Assembly: GCA_963844715.1 (NCBI GenBank)
Contig: CAWJPJ010000008.1
Span: 512,001-576,000, forward strand
Reading direction: 5' to 3'
DNA length: 64,000 nt
Origin: an uncultured Phycisphaerales bacterium
Lineage (GTDB): Bacteria > Planctomycetota > Phycisphaerae > Tepidisphaerales > Tepidisphaeraceae
Numbering within the stretch: position 1 is the stretch's first letter; every line of letters starts with the position of its first letter. The position numbers were made by a program, and so were the translations under genes. The notes below the pieces were generated by a model. That model worked only from the letters and a program-made list of their open reading frames with translations, ran no database searches and was not told where the DNA came from. Shown piece by piece: positions 34,017-44,973 of this stretch.

Positions 34017-34128
34017 ACGTTCACCTTTGAAATCCTGCGCGCGAATAGCGAGGCACGCCATGAAAGTGCCGGGCGGTGAAGAGTGCTGGTGGAGATGAAT
34101 ATGGGAGGCGGGTTTTCTATGGGGCGGG

Positions 34129-35562
34129 TCATTCGAGGGTTCCGGTTTCGAGTTCGGCGTCGGTGGCTTCGTCGAGGGACTTGGCTTTTACGCGGCCGGT
34201 GCGGCCGCGGAGGACTAGTTTCATGGGGACTTCGCCGAAGGGGAGGAGTTCGCGGAAGCGATTGACCATGAAGCGCTGGTAGGATTCGTTCAGGAATTTG
34301 GGGTTGTTGACGAAGAGGACGATGGTGGGCGGGGCGACGGAGGTTTGGGTCGCGTAATAGATTCTGGCTTTTCGGCCGGAGGGGGTGCTGGGGACTTTTT
34401 CCTGGAGAATCTGGCGGACCGAGCGGTTGAGCTGGCCGGTGGTTAGGCGGGTGCTCGCTTGATTGAAAAGGCGCTGGGCGGTGTCGAGGACGATCTGGAC
34501 GTTTTTGGAGTCCTTGGCGGTGCAGAAGACGATGGGGGCGAAGTCGAGGTTGACGAGGGTTTCGTCCAGATACTTGCCGAATTCCTCCATGAGGGTGGTG
34601 TCGTCGATGTCGGGGCGATTTTCGCGGGTTTTTTCCATGGCCAGGTCCCACTTGTTCATGACGAGGACGACGGGCTTGAGCTCGTCGGCGATGTAACGGC
34701 CGAGCTTTTTATCGGGCTCGCTGACGGGCAGCGTGGCGTCGATGAGCATGACGGCGACGTCGCAGCGGCGGATGGATCTTTGGGCGCGGTGGAAACTGTA
34801 GAAGTCGATGTCGCGTTTGATCATCTGGCTTTTTTTGCGGACGCCGGCGGTGTCGATGACAAGCAGCGCCTTGCCGTCTTTTTCGAAGCGGACATCGATG
34901 CTGTCGCGTGTGGTGCCGGGGACTTCGGAGACGATGACGCGATCGGTGTCTTCCTCGTAGAGCTCGGCGATGGAATTGACGAGGGTGCTTTTGCCGGCGT
35001 TGCGCTTGCCGACGATGGCCAGGAGCATTTCGGGTTCGGGGATGTTCTTCGGAGCTTTGGAGAGATCGATTTTCTTTGCGATTTGCTCGCCGATGACGTC
35101 GAGGTTGCGGCCGTTGAGGGCGGAGATGCCGAGGGGGGTACCGAGACCGAGGCGGGCGAAGTCGCCGAGGGCGGCATCGGAGGCGGCGCCGTCGGCTTTG
35201 TTTGCAAGAAGGATGGTTTTGATTCCGCGTTTGCGCAGGAGGGTGGCGATTTCCTGGTCTCCGGCGGTGAGGCCGTCCTTGCAATCGACGAGGAAGAGGA
35301 CGAGGTCGGCCTGGGCGAGGGCGAGATCGATCTGGTGGCGGATGTGGTCGGTCAATTGATCGGGATCGACGAAACCGAAGCCGCCGGTGTCGACGAGTTC
35401 GACCCAGCGGTCGCCGATCTGGAGGGGGGTGGCGATGCGATCGCGCGTGACGCCCGGGGCGTCCTGGACGATGCTGATGCGCTTGTGGGCGAGCCCGTTG
35501 AGAAGGCTGCTTTTGCCGACGTTGGGGCGGCCGACGATGGCGACGATGGGGAAATTTGGCAT
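34129..35562 (-). CDS. der: Ribosome biogenesis GTPase Der (EngA)
   Basis: Two G domains: GRPNVGKS/GVTRD/DTGG and GKRNAGKS/GTTRD/DTAG/NKWD. Confidence 0.96.
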   Translation of the reverse strand: MPNFPIVAIVGRPNVGKSSLLNGLAHKRISIVQDAPGVTRDRIATPLQIGDRWVELVDTGGFGFVDPDQLTDHIRHQIDLALAQADLVLFLVDCKDGLTAGDQEIATLLRKRGIKTILLANKADGAASDAALGDFARLGLGTPLGISALNGRNLDVIGEQIAKKIDLSKAPKNIPEPEMLLAIVGKRNAGKSTLVNSIAELYEEDTDRVIVSEVPGTTRDSIDVRFEKDGKALLVIDTAGVRKKSQMIKRDIDFYSFHRAQRSIRRCDVAVMLIDATLPVSEPDKKLGRYIADELKPVVLVMNKWDLAMEKTRENRPDIDDTTLMEEFGKYLDETLVNLDFAPIVFCTAKDSKNVQIVLDTAQRLFNQASTRLTTGQLNRSVRQILQEKVPSTPSGRKARIYYATQTSVAPPTIVLFVNNPKFLNESYQRFMVNRFRELLPFGEVPMKLVLRGRTGRVKAKSLDEATDAELETGTLE

Positions 35563-35676
35563 AAAAAAGAATGGGATTTTATTCACAATGTTGTCTTTAG
35601 TCGAACCGCGCCGTACGGATTAAATTGTGGCGTGCGCATATCGGGGGTTTTGGCGGGAGGACGAAAGGAGCTTTTC

Positions 35677-36115
35677 ATGCCTACGGTAGCCGATCTTTTG
35701 ACGTCCAAGGACACGAAACTGCACACGATTTCGCCGGCAGCGAGCGTTCTGGAGGCGGTGCAGAGGATGAATCAGCACCAGATCGGAGGCGCTGGTGGTG
35801 ATGCAGGAGGGGCAGATGGTGGGCATGTTCACGGAGCGGGATGTGCTGCGTCGCGTGATGGCGGAGCGGCGCGAGCCGCAAGACGTTCGTCTGGCGGAAG
35901 TGATGACGACGGATGTGATCTGCTGCGAGCCGGGGACGGAGGTTGCGGACGCGAGCGCGATCATGCAGCGGAAGAGGATTCGGCATCTGCCGGTGTGCGA
36001 TGGGCAGGGGAGATTAATGGGACTGATTTCGATTGGGGATTTGAACGCGTTTTATGCGAGCGCGCAGGAACAGGTGATACATCATTTGACGGATTATATT
36101 TATGGGAGAGTTTAG
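35677..36115 (+). CDS. CBS-domain pair protein (frameshift near 35785)
   Basis: GMFTERD, RIRHLPV, GLISIGD. Confidence 0.85.
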
Positions 36116-36595
36116 ATCGCCGCGCTGGCTTATGTGAGAATTCTAGTTGCACCTTGTTTGGCTATTTAAGCTTCGGCGGCGATTGTTCTTGTTTGGCCAG
36201 CATTACCTGCACGTAAAATTTGACGCTATCTTCCGAGCCATTCAGAAGGAACTTACCTATCTTTGCGAGCGGGAATGTGAATCGTTTTGGCGGCGTCCAT
36301 AAAACGGCCACAGTTCCAATGTCCTTTCCAAATTGACCCAGTTTTGGTTCGAGTGCGAGAGCCTGCTCGTAGTCGACCCAATGCCACACTATTGAAGGGA
36401 GCGCGTGACGGCGGAGCACCTCGCCAATATAGGCTCCGGCGCGGAGGATAAAGATTTTTTGCTCCTGCCCGGCTAGATTTCGAGCGCGCATTGCTTCGAG
36501 GTGTTTGTCCATCGCGTCGAGACTGTCGACTGAAAAATCAAACTTGGTTGGGTCAATTAAATCATTTCCCGGTGTGATGATTTTTGAATCACTAA

Positions 36596-37969
36596 CAGGA
36601 CGCTGAAAAACTCGGGAGTTGGCGCATTTTCCTGTCTGTTGGCCGCTTTTCAATGGCGGGTTCCATCTCGGATCGTTCCAAGGGCTTCAGTTCGTTCGAG
36701 TTCGTTGGCGGATTGCATGCCCAGGTTGAGTTTCACACGGTACTCAGGTTGCGCATCCGGATCAGATTGAACGCCGCCCCGGCCAGGTGGGCCTGCTGGC
36801 CGGTTTTTGAATGTCCGATCAACCGGGTGCGATACAGGCCGCCGATCGTCTTGGCCCAGCCGATCCATTCCTCGATCTTCTTGCGGCAACGCTGGCTGAT
36901 GGCGTAACCGAGGGTCTTGCGCGCCGACGCATCCGCTGGCGGGCCGCGATGTTGGCTCGGTTCTTCCAGCGATAGGCGGCGGTGTCGCCGCCGATCTTGC
37001 CCTCCTTCACCGCCACGTGCGGACGGATTCTTCTTCGCTCCAGCCCACGCAACAGCGGACCCTGGTCGTACCCCTTGTCGGCCCCAACCGTCTTGGGTTT
37101 GAGCCCAAAACGTTTCTTGACCCGATCGATCAGCGACAACGCGGTGACCGGCTCGCTGTTCTCCAGCGGCGAGTTGACTTCCACCGCCAGCACCAGCCCG
37201 TGGCGGTTCTCCACGATCGCGTGCAGCGCATGGCTGAGCAACGCCGGCTTGCCGTCGCTCTTGCGGACCAGCTTCGCGTCGGAATCGGTGGTTGATTCGT
37301 GGGTGTCGTTGGACCGCTTCTGGCCGTGGAAGTCCACCTCGGCGTTGCGGCCCTTAAAACCGTTGTTATCTCCCGCATCATTGTCTTTTTTGTCCTTTTC
37401 ATCCCTGGGTTTGAAGCTCTTGATCGACGCATACGCCTCGATCAGCGAGCCATCCACCGAGAAGTGGTCGGGGCTGACCAGTCCCGCGGCGATGGCCCGA
37501 CGCACCGTGCCGTCGAAAAACGCGCCGATCAGCCCGTGCTCTTCCAGCCGCCCGCGATTGTGCGAGAAGACGGTGGCGTCGAATACCTCTTCGTCGATCC
37601 GCAGGTCCAAAAACCAACGGAACAGCAGGTCGTGATCAATCCGTTCCACGAGCTGCGCCTCGGAGCGAATCGAATAGATCGATTGCAAAAGCAACGCCTT
37701 GATCAGCCGCTCCGGCGGCACGCTGGGCCGGCCTTCGGCCGCGTAGGCGGCATCAAAACGCCGACTCATGGCCTTCAAGTCTTCATCGACCATGCGCTTC
37801 ACGGCCCGCAGCGGATGATCAGGACGGACGCGTTGTTCCAGATCGATGGCCGCGATGAACAAAATGGATTGGGGATCGGCCTTGCCTCGCATGAATGACC
37901 TCCGTGTCTGGGTGTCACACAGTTCAGCGCCACCGAGAACATTCGTCAAGAGGGTTTTTCAGCGTCCTG
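36596..37969 (-). mobile_element. IS5/IS1182-like insertion sequence, 1374 bp
   Basis: Perfect 16-bp TIR caggacgctgaaaaac (36596-36611 and 37954-37969); CTAA target duplication (36592-36595 and 37970-37973). Confidence 0.93.
36733..37892 (-). CDS. DDE transposase (frameshift near 36915)
   Basis: GRPSVPPE, LLFRWFL, FSVDGSLI, GADKGYD; shifted tail RKKIEEWIGWAK...AFNLIRM. Confidence 0.92.
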
Positions 37970-38087
37970 CTAAGGAACATTAGCGAAAGGTCGATTAGGG
38001 CTCGGTCTTGAATTGTGATTGCCATATCTGTCGCCCCCTGGTCGAAAGCTCGATCCCGCTTGGTGATCGGAGCGATGTCTATCTTAG

Positions 38088-39146
38088 CTATTTCACATCG
38101 ACCGCCGCGCCGTTGCGGCGGACGGATTCGTACATGGCTTCTATTATTGCGACGGCTTTTCTTGCTTCGGAGCCGTTGGTTTCGGCTTCTTCGTTTTTGG
38201 TCCAGGACTCGTAGATGTGGAGCATGTTTTGGCCGTGTAGGTCCAGGCCTACGTCGCCGGCGTTTTTTCCGCCGCCGCTGTTTTTGGCGTTGGCGGGGTT
38301 TAGTTTTTCGAGGAGTTCCTGGTCTTTGGGTTGGGGGTCTTTGAATTCGAAACGTTTTAGGCCGTTCTCGCTGATGGCGGTTCCGAATTCGCCGCCGACT
38401 TCCAGGCGGGTGGGGCCGCCGGGCCACATGGCGGTGGTGCTGACGTAGGTTCCGAAGGAGCCGTCGGCGAATTGGAGAGCGCAGGTGAGGGTGTCCTCGA
38501 CTTCGATTTTTGCGTGGATGCGGCTGGAGGCATAGGCGCTGACGGTTTTTACCGGACCGACGACCCATTGGACGAGATCGACCTGGTGGATGCCCTGGTT
38601 CATGACGGCGCCGCCGCCGTCGAGTCGCCAGGTTCCGCGCCAGCCGCCTTTTTCGTAGTACTCGTCGTTGCGGTACCAGGGGGTGAAGGAGCCGGACCAA
38701 GCGAGGCGTCCGAATCGGCCGGCGAGGCGGGCGTCGCGGATGGCGCGGTTGGCCTCATTCCAGCGGTTTTGAAAGATTCCGGCGATTTTGACTTCGTGTT
38801 TTTTCGCGGCGTCGATCATTTCGTCGATGCGCTCGGAGTGGATTTCCATGGGCTTCTCGACGACGACATATTTGCCATGTTGGATGGCGAACAGGGCGGG
38901 CTCGCGATGCTGGCCGCTGGGGGTGCAAAGATGGACGGCGTCGATCTGCTCCTTGCGGAACATTTCTTCCATGGTGGTGTAAACGGGCGCGGCGAGACCG
39001 GGTTTGTCGAGGGCTTTTCGGCCCTTGGCGGTTTCGAGATCGCAAACGGCTGCCAGGACGCAATTGGGGAGCTTGGGGATGGTACGCACGTGCCATTCCC
39101 CAACGGTTCCTGTTCCGACGACTGCGCAACGCCATTGGCGGGACAT
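38088..39146 (-). CDS. Gfo/Idh/MocA family oxidoreductase
   Basis: VVGTGTVG, CTPSGQH, VEKP, GGGAVMNQGIHQVD. Confidence 0.92.
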   Translation of the reverse strand: MSRQWRCAVVGTGTVGEWHVRTIPKLPNCVLAAVCDLETAKGRKALDKPGLAAPVYTTMEEMFRKEQIDAVHLCTPSGQHREPALFAIQHGKYVVVEKPMEIHSERIDEMIDAAKKHEVKIAGIFQNRWNEANRAIRDARLAGRFGRLAWSGSFTPWYRNDEYYEKGGWRGTWRLDGGGAVMNQGIHQVDLVQWVVGPVKTVSAYASSRIHAKIEVEDTLTCALQFADGSFGTYVSTTAMWPGGPTRLEVGGEFGTAISENGLKRFEFKDPQPKDQELLEKLNPANAKNSGGGKNAGDVGLDLHGQNMLHIYESWTKNEEAETNGSEARKAVAIIEAMYESVRRNGAAVDVK

Positions 39147-39312
39147 AAGGAAGAAGCCTAAAGGATTGGGGGAATAGTTGCCAGTTGCGAGTTGCTGGTT
39201 GCCGGTAAATGCGGTCCTGCGTCTTCACTGGCAACTATGTAGGTATGCAGCAATAAGCATTTCGTTAGGACTGTGGCGAGATGCGGCGGCATAGGTTAGA
39301 GTAGTGAATCCT

Positions 39313-40197
39313 ATGGGTCCGACGAATGCGGCTTTGTTTCGGTTGTACCAGGCTGATCGCAAGCTCCGAGATGCACAGGGACGCCTGGACGCGGTGAGTA
39401 AAAACGTGCGGGTGCAGGAGCGGAAGGTTTCGGAGCTTTCCGAGAACCTGCGGCTGAATCAATCCAAGCTTCGAGAGCAACAGAGCCAGTCGGCGCAGTT
39501 CGACCTGGATCTGAAGGCTCGGGACGAGAAAATCGAGAAGTTGCGGGCGCAGCAGCAGACGGCCAATACCAATCGCGAGTATCAGGCGTTCCTGGTCGAA
39601 ATCAACACGGAAAAACTGGATAAGGCCAAAGTAGAAGAGCAGTTGCTCCGCGCCATGGAGACGGTCGAGAAAATGGCGGCGGAGACGGCGGAACTGCAAA
39701 AGACGCTGGAGGGAGAAGAGACGAAATTGGAGGCGATGAGGGCCGAGATCGGGGGGCGGGTGGCGGAATTGCAGAAAGAGGCGGATGCGCTGAAGCCGGC
39801 GCGGCAGGCGGCGGCGGAGGCGGTGCCGGCGAAGGCGCGGGACGCGTTTGAGCGGCTGGCGGATAAGTTCGACGGGGAGGCGATGAGCGCTTTGACGAAG
39901 CCGGATCGGCGGCGGGAAGAATATGCCTGCTCGATCTGCAATATGGATCTGGTGACTGACGTATACAACAAGCTGCATTCTCGGGATGAGTTGATGTTTT
40001 GTCCGAGTTGTCATCGGATTTTGTATATCCCAGAGGAGTTGCCGGTGGAATTGGCCGTGAACAAGGTGAAGGAGAAGAAGGAGCCGCGGACGAAAGCGGG
40101 CGGGGCGGCGACCAATCGTCAGACGGCGGCGCAGGATGTGCTGAAGTCGATCGCGGTCGAGGAGAGCGACGCGCCGGGGGCGACTTCCAAGGGGTGA
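39313..40197 (+). CDS. Coiled-coil + C4 zinc-ribbon protein (DUF164/CT398-like)
   Basis: Long coiled coil, NREYQA, CSIC...CPSCHRILY. Confidence 0.88.
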   Translation: MGPTNAALFRLYQADRKLRDAQGRLDAVSKNVRVQERKVSELSENLRLNQSKLREQQSQSAQFDLDLKARDEKIEKLRAQQQTANTNREYQAFLVEINTEKLDKAKVEEQLLRAMETVEKMAAETAELQKTLEGEETKLEAMRAEIGGRVAELQKEADALKPARQAAAEAVPAKARDAFERLADKFDGEAMSALTKPDRRREEYACSICNMDLVTDVYNKLHSRDELMFCPSCHRILYIPEELPVELAVNKVKEKKEPRTKAGGAATNRQTAAQDVLKSIAVEESDAPGATSKG

Positions 40198-40232
40198 ATC
40201 GCATTTCACACGTCTAACCTTCGGCGTCGGCG

Positions 40233-41801
40233 ATGACGTCTTCCAGAAATCAGCAGACGTTGGATTTGGCCCGGCGGCATCATCATGCCGGGAAATTTGC
40301 GCAGGCGGAGGCGCTGTATCGGCAGGTTTTGGAGAGTGAGCCGGACAATGCCGATGCGTTGGGATTGCTGGGGCTGGCGTTGTGTCAGTCGGGGCGAGCG
40401 GGGGAGGCGATCGAATGGATCGGGCGGGCGATCGAGATTGCGCCGCGGCGGGCCGCGCATTTTAGCAATCTGGGAATGGCGCTGAACGAGCTGGGGCGGC
40501 GCGAGGAAGCGATCGCGGCGTATCGGCGGGCGCTGGCGATTCAGCCTGATCTGGCGGAATTTTATTACAATTTGGGCGTGACGCTGGCCGCGGTGAATGA
40601 GTGGGATGAGGCGGCGGCGTGTCTTGGGCGCGCACGGGAGCTTAAGCCGGATTTCGAGCCGGCGGTTTCCGGATTGGCGAAGGCGCTGAAGCAAGTGGAT
40701 CGGATTGGGGCGGGGATTCGGGGGATGCGGGAGAAAATTGCCGGTGGATCAGTTGATCGAGTTTTGTATCTCCAACTTGCGGAATTGCTGGAAGAAAATG
40801 GGGAGCCGGACGAGGCGCGAAAAGTTTGGCGGGAGGCGGTGGAGCGCTGGCCGGACTATGCGGCGGCGCACTGGCGGTATGGGTGGGCTTTGCTGATCGC
40901 GGGGGATTACGGTCGCGGCTGGGCGGAACATGAATGGCGATTGAAGGTGGAGGAGTTTCGATCGAATCGGCGCGATTTCGTGGAGCCGGGTTGGGATGGA
41001 GGGGAATTGGGCGGGCGGCGGATTTTGATTTATCCGGAACAGGGGTTTGGGGACATCATTCATTTTGCGCGGTATGTGCCGCTGGTGGCGCAGCGCGGCG
41101 GGAAAGTGGTGCTGCAATGCCCGAACGAATTGATGCCGGTGTTTGCATCGCTGGGCGGGGTGCATGAACTGTTGGCGTGGGGGAAGAACGTGCCGGCGTT
41201 TGATGTGCAGTGTTCGGTGGTGAGCCTGCCGCGGGTGATGAGATTGGGCGGGCCGGAGGATGTGCCGTGGACGGGGGCGTATCTCAAGAGCGATGGAACG
41301 GGCGGGAAGAAATTTGAGGATGTGTTTGAGAAGGGGAAGGGGAAGTTCAAAGTTGGGCTGGCGTGGGCGACGCGTGCGAATCCGCCGGGGCGGTCGATTC
41401 CTCTGAAAATGTTGTGGCCGCTGGGAAGCGCGAAGATTCAGTTTTATAGTTTGCAACATGGGGCGGGGTCTGAGGAGGCGAAGAGTCCGCCGGCGGGAAT
41501 GGAACTGATCGATCTGACGGGGCGAATCCGGAATTTTGGGGATGTGGCGGCGGTGATCGACGGGTTGGACCTGGTGATCAGCGTGGATACGGCGGCGGGG
41601 CAATTGGCGGGAGCGATGGGGAAGCGGGTGTGGACGCTGCTCAAAATCGCGCCGGATTGGCGGTGGCTTCAAGAGCGGGAGGATTCGCCTTGGTATCCGA
41701 CGATGCGGTTGTTTCGGCAGAAGCGATCGGGGGCGTGGCATTCGGTTGTCGAAAAGATGGCCGAGGACCTGGTATCATTGGTCGATCAAACGAAGGGGTG
41801 A
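40233..41801 (+). CDS. TPR + GT9-like glycosyltransferase
   Basis: TPRs; EQGFGDIIHFARY, LDLVISVDT, DWRW...DSPWYPTMRLFRQ. Confidence 0.88.
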   Translation: MTSSRNQQTLDLARRHHHAGKFAQAEALYRQVLESEPDNADALGLLGLALCQSGRAGEAIEWIGRAIEIAPRRAAHFSNLGMALNELGRREEAIAAYRRALAIQPDLAEFYYNLGVTLAAVNEWDEAAACLGRARELKPDFEPAVSGLAKALKQVDRIGAGIRGMREKIAGGSVDRVLYLQLAELLEENGEPDEARKVWREAVERWPDYAAAHWRYGWALLIAGDYGRGWAEHEWRLKVEEFRSNRRDFVEPGWDGGELGGRRILIYPEQGFGDIIHFARYVPLVAQRGGKVVLQCPNELMPVFASLGGVHELLAWGKNVPAFDVQCSVVSLPRVMRLGGPEDVPWTGAYLKSDGTGGKKFEDVFEKGKGKFKVGLAWATRANPPGRSIPLKMLWPLGSAKIQFYSLQHGAGSEEAKSPPAGMELIDLTGRIRNFGDVAAVIDGLDLVISVDTAAGQLAGAMGKRVWTLLKIAPDWRWLQEREDSPWYPTMRLFRQKRSGAWHSVVEKMAEDLVSLVDQTKG

Positions 41802-41805
41802 GGCG

Positions 41806-42222
41806 ATGTATGGGAAGATACTGATAACGCTGGACACGACGCCGACGGATCGGGCGATATTGGATCACGTGCGCCCGCTGGCGCAGATGCTGAAGAGCCG
41901 GGTCGTGCTGATGCACGTGGCGGATGGATGGGCGGCGCGGCAGTATGGTCCGGATGCGGTGAGCAGCGAAGTGACGGAGGACAAGGCATATCTGGAGAAG
42001 GTTCGAGCGGAGCTTGCGGCGGACGGATTGGAGGTGCAGGCGAAACTGGCGTATGGGGAACCGGTGACGGAGATCGTGCGGTGGGTGGAGCAGGAGGGGT
42101 GCGACTTAATCGCGATGAGCACGCATGGTCATAGATTATTGAGCGACCTGGTTCTCGGAACCACGGCCAGCCGGGTGCAGCATCGGGTGAATGTGCCGGT
42201 TTTATTGCTGCGAGCGGTGTGA
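41806..42222 (+). CDS. Universal stress protein
   Basis: DLIAMSTHGHR...LGTTASRV...PVLLLR. Confidence 0.9.
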   Translation: MYGKILITLDTTPTDRAILDHVRPLAQMLKSRVVLMHVADGWAARQYGPDAVSSEVTEDKAYLEKVRAELAADGLEVQAKLAYGEPVTEIVRWVEQEGCDLIAMSTHGHRLLSDLVLGTTASRVQHRVNVPVLLLRAV

Positions 42223-42318
42223 AGAAAGTGGCGCGGGTCGGGTAAAATCATTTCGACTGGTTCGAGGTAAAAGCCGATCCTATAGTACGCTCGCCGCACT
42301 AGTACGTGGCTTCATGTT

Positions 42319-43383
42319 ATGACCGCGACTAATCATGTGACACGGGAAGAAGTGGCTGCTCCGTCACGCAAAGGCAAGGCGCTTCGCATCTTAATCATCC
42401 TGGCGATCGTCGCCGCGACGGTCGGGTTCTTGTTTTGGCTGCACGAGCGGAACTATGAATCGACGGACGACGCGTTCATCGACGGGCATGTGATCGATAT
42501 CAGCCCGAAGGTGGGGGCGATCGTGGAGAAGGTTTTTGTCGACGACAACGAGATGGTGAAGAAGGGGCAGGTGCTGGTCGAATTGGACAAGCGGGATTAC
42601 CGGGCGGCGATGATCCAGGCGATGGGGAACTTCGAGGCGGCCAAGGGGAAGGTTTTGGAATCGCAGGCGCAGATCGACGTGGATGAAGCCGACGTGGGGC
42701 AGGCAGAGGCGGAGTTGGTGGTGGCGCAGACGAACGCGCAAAACTCGGACGACGATTTTAGGCGTTGGGCGGCGCTGGACGAGCGGGCGCGATCGAAGGA
42801 GCAGATGGATAACGCGACGGCTTCGCAGAAATCGACGGCGGCGCTAGTTCTCCAGGCCAAGGCGAAGGTGACCTCGACGCAGGCGCAGGTCTTGGACGCG
42901 ACGACGAATTTGGAGATTGCCAAGGCGAACGTGGACGCGGCGCAAGGGGCGCTGGACCAGGCGATGAACAACCTGAATTATTGCACGATTCGCGCCGAGA
43001 CGGATGGCGTCGTGACGCGAAAGAGCGCTGAAGAGGGGATGTACGTGGAAGTGGGGCAGCAGTTGCTTTCGATCGTCCCGACGGACGTGTGGGTGACGGC
43101 GGATTTCAAGGAGACGCAACTGGACCGGATCGAGCCGGGGCAGTCGGTGGAGATGGAGGTGGACGCGTATCCGGGTCGGACGCTGCACGGGACGGTGCAG
43201 AGCGTGCAGAACGGGACGGGGTCGCGGTTTTCGCTGCTGCCGCCGGAGAATGCGACGGGGAATTATGTGAAGGTTGTGCAGCGGGTGCCGGTGAAGATCG
43301 TATTGGATCCGGGAGAGAACGACGATTTGGATCATCTCTTGTCGCCGGGGATGTCGGTGGAGCCGTGGGTGAAGGTCAGGTAA
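42319..43383 (+). CDS. emrA: EmrA/HlyD membrane-fusion protein
   Basis: STDDAF, FKETQL, FSLLPPENATGNYVKVVQRVPVKI. Confidence 0.92.
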   Translation: MTATNHVTREEVAAPSRKGKALRILIILAIVAATVGFLFWLHERNYESTDDAFIDGHVIDISPKVGAIVEKVFVDDNEMVKKGQVLVELDKRDYRAAMIQAMGNFEAAKGKVLESQAQIDVDEADVGQAEAELVVAQTNAQNSDDDFRRWAALDERARSKEQMDNATASQKSTAALVLQAKAKVTSTQAQVLDATTNLEIAKANVDAAQGALDQAMNNLNYCTIRAETDGVVTRKSAEEGMYVEVGQQLLSIVPTDVWVTADFKETQLDRIEPGQSVEMEVDAYPGRTLHGTVQSVQNGTGSRFSLLPPENATGNYVKVVQRVPVKIVLDPGENDDLDHLLSPGMSVEPWVKVR

Positions 43384-43389
43384 TCGTGC

Positions 43390-44949
43390 ATGCGTGTGAA
43401 CCCGTGGCTGATTGCGGTCGTCGTATCGATTGCGACGTTCATGGAGGTGCTGGACACGAGCATCGCCAACGTGTCGTTGCAGCACATCGCGGGGAGTATG
43501 TCGGCCAGCCAGGATGAGAGCACCTGGGTTCTGACCAGCTATCTGGTGAGCAACGCGATCGTGCTGCCGATCAGCGGGTGGCTGGCGACGGTGATCGGGC
43601 GAAAACGCTTTTATATGCTGTGCGTGGCGTTGTTCACGTGCAGTTCCTTGCTTTGCGGACTGGCGCCGTCGCTGAGCTGGCTGATTATTTTCCGGGTGAT
43701 CCAGGGGATCGGGGGCGGCGGGCTGCAGCCGAGCGAGCAGGCGATTCTTGCGGATACCTTTACGCCAAAGCAGCGCGGGCAGGCGTTTGCGGTTTATGGA
43801 ATCGCGGTGGTGGTTGCGCCGGCGATCGGGCCGACCTTGGGGGGATGGATCACGGATAATTTTTCCTGGCGGTGGATTTTCTTTATCAACGTGCCGGTGG
43901 GAATCATCAGCCTGATGCTGGTGAGCCAGCTTTTGAAGGAATCGGCGGCGTCGGTTGCGCAGACGGCGAAGGTGCGGGCGAAGGGATTCAAGGTGGATTA
44001 CATCGGGTTCTCGTTCGTCGCGCTGGGATTGGGATCGCTGCAGGTGGTGCTGGACAAGGGACAGGAAGACGACTGGCTGTCGAGCAATTTCATCCTTTTC
44101 TTCACGATCGTGGCGACGATCGGCATTATCGGGGTGATTCTTTGGGAATTTCACACGGATGATCCGATTGTCGATTTACCGCTGCTGAAAAAGTTCAATT
44201 TCGCTTTTACGAACATCATGATGTTCGCGATCGGGTTTATTTTGTTCGGGACGACGCAGCTTTTGCCGCAATATACGCAGAGTTTGCTGGGATATACGGC
44301 CACGCAGGCGGGGCTGGTGATCTCGCCGGGGGGATTCGCGGTGATGGCGTGCATGCCGCTGGCGGGGTATCTGGTCGGGCGCGTGCAGGCGAAATGGCTG
44401 ATCATGGCGGGGATGTTCATCGAGGGGATGGCGCTGATTTACATGACCAATTTCGATACGCAGGTTTCGTTTTCGACGCTGGCGCTGGCGCGGGTGTTTC
44501 AGGCGTCGGGGCTGGCGTTTTTGTTCGTGCCGATCAACACGGTGGCATACAGCGGGCTGCCGCCGGGGAAGAGCAATCATGCTTCGGCGCTGATCAATTT
44601 GTCGCGCAATTTGGGGGGGGGCATCGGCGTTTCGCTGGCCAACACCATGCTATTCCGCCGGACGCAATTCCATCAATCGAACCTGGTGGCGAACGCATCG
44701 GCGGGGAATCCGATTTATCTATCGGCGGTGAAGTCGATCTCGACGAGGCTGATGCGCGAGGGCTTGAGTTCGACGGCGGCGCATCAGCACGCAATTGGGG
44801 TGATTTATGCAAATTTGCAGCGGCAGGCGACGATGCTTTCGTATATCGATGTATTCAAAACGCTGGCGATCGCGTCGTTCGCGATGATCGGACTGATCTT
44901 CTTTTTGAAAAAGCAGCGTCCGGGGGAACAGGTGGAGGCGGCGCATTAG
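43390..44949 (+). CDS. emrB: EmrB/QacA DHA2 MFS transporter
   Basis: MEVLDTSIANV, WVLTSYL, GPTLGGWIT, WRWIFFINVP, LDKGQEDDW. Confidence 0.93.
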   Translation: MRVNPWLIAVVVSIATFMEVLDTSIANVSLQHIAGSMSASQDESTWVLTSYLVSNAIVLPISGWLATVIGRKRFYMLCVALFTCSSLLCGLAPSLSWLIIFRVIQGIGGGGLQPSEQAILADTFTPKQRGQAFAVYGIAVVVAPAIGPTLGGWITDNFSWRWIFFINVPVGIISLMLVSQLLKESAASVAQTAKVRAKGFKVDYIGFSFVALGLGSLQVVLDKGQEDDWLSSNFILFFTIVATIGIIGVILWEFHTDDPIVDLPLLKKFNFAFTNIMMFAIGFILFGTTQLLPQYTQSLLGYTATQAGLVISPGGFAVMACMPLAGYLVGRVQAKWLIMAGMFIEGMALIYMTNFDTQVSFSTLALARVFQASGLAFLFVPINTVAYSGLPPGKSNHASALINLSRNLGGGIGVSLANTMLFRRTQFHQSNLVANASAGNPIYLSAVKSISTRLMREGLSSTAAHQHAIGVIYANLQRQATMLSYIDVFKTLAIASFAMIGLIFFLKKQRPGEQVEAAH

Positions 44950-44973
44950 AGTTCGTACGAAGGTGAGCCGGGC

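Larger units (their letters stand above)
36162..38025 (-). pseudogene. Small hypothetical gene interrupted by an IS at codon 19
   Basis: Removing the IS and one CTAA joins MAITIQDRALIDLSLMFLS (38025-37970) in frame to DSKIITPGND... (to 36162). Confidence 0.8.
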
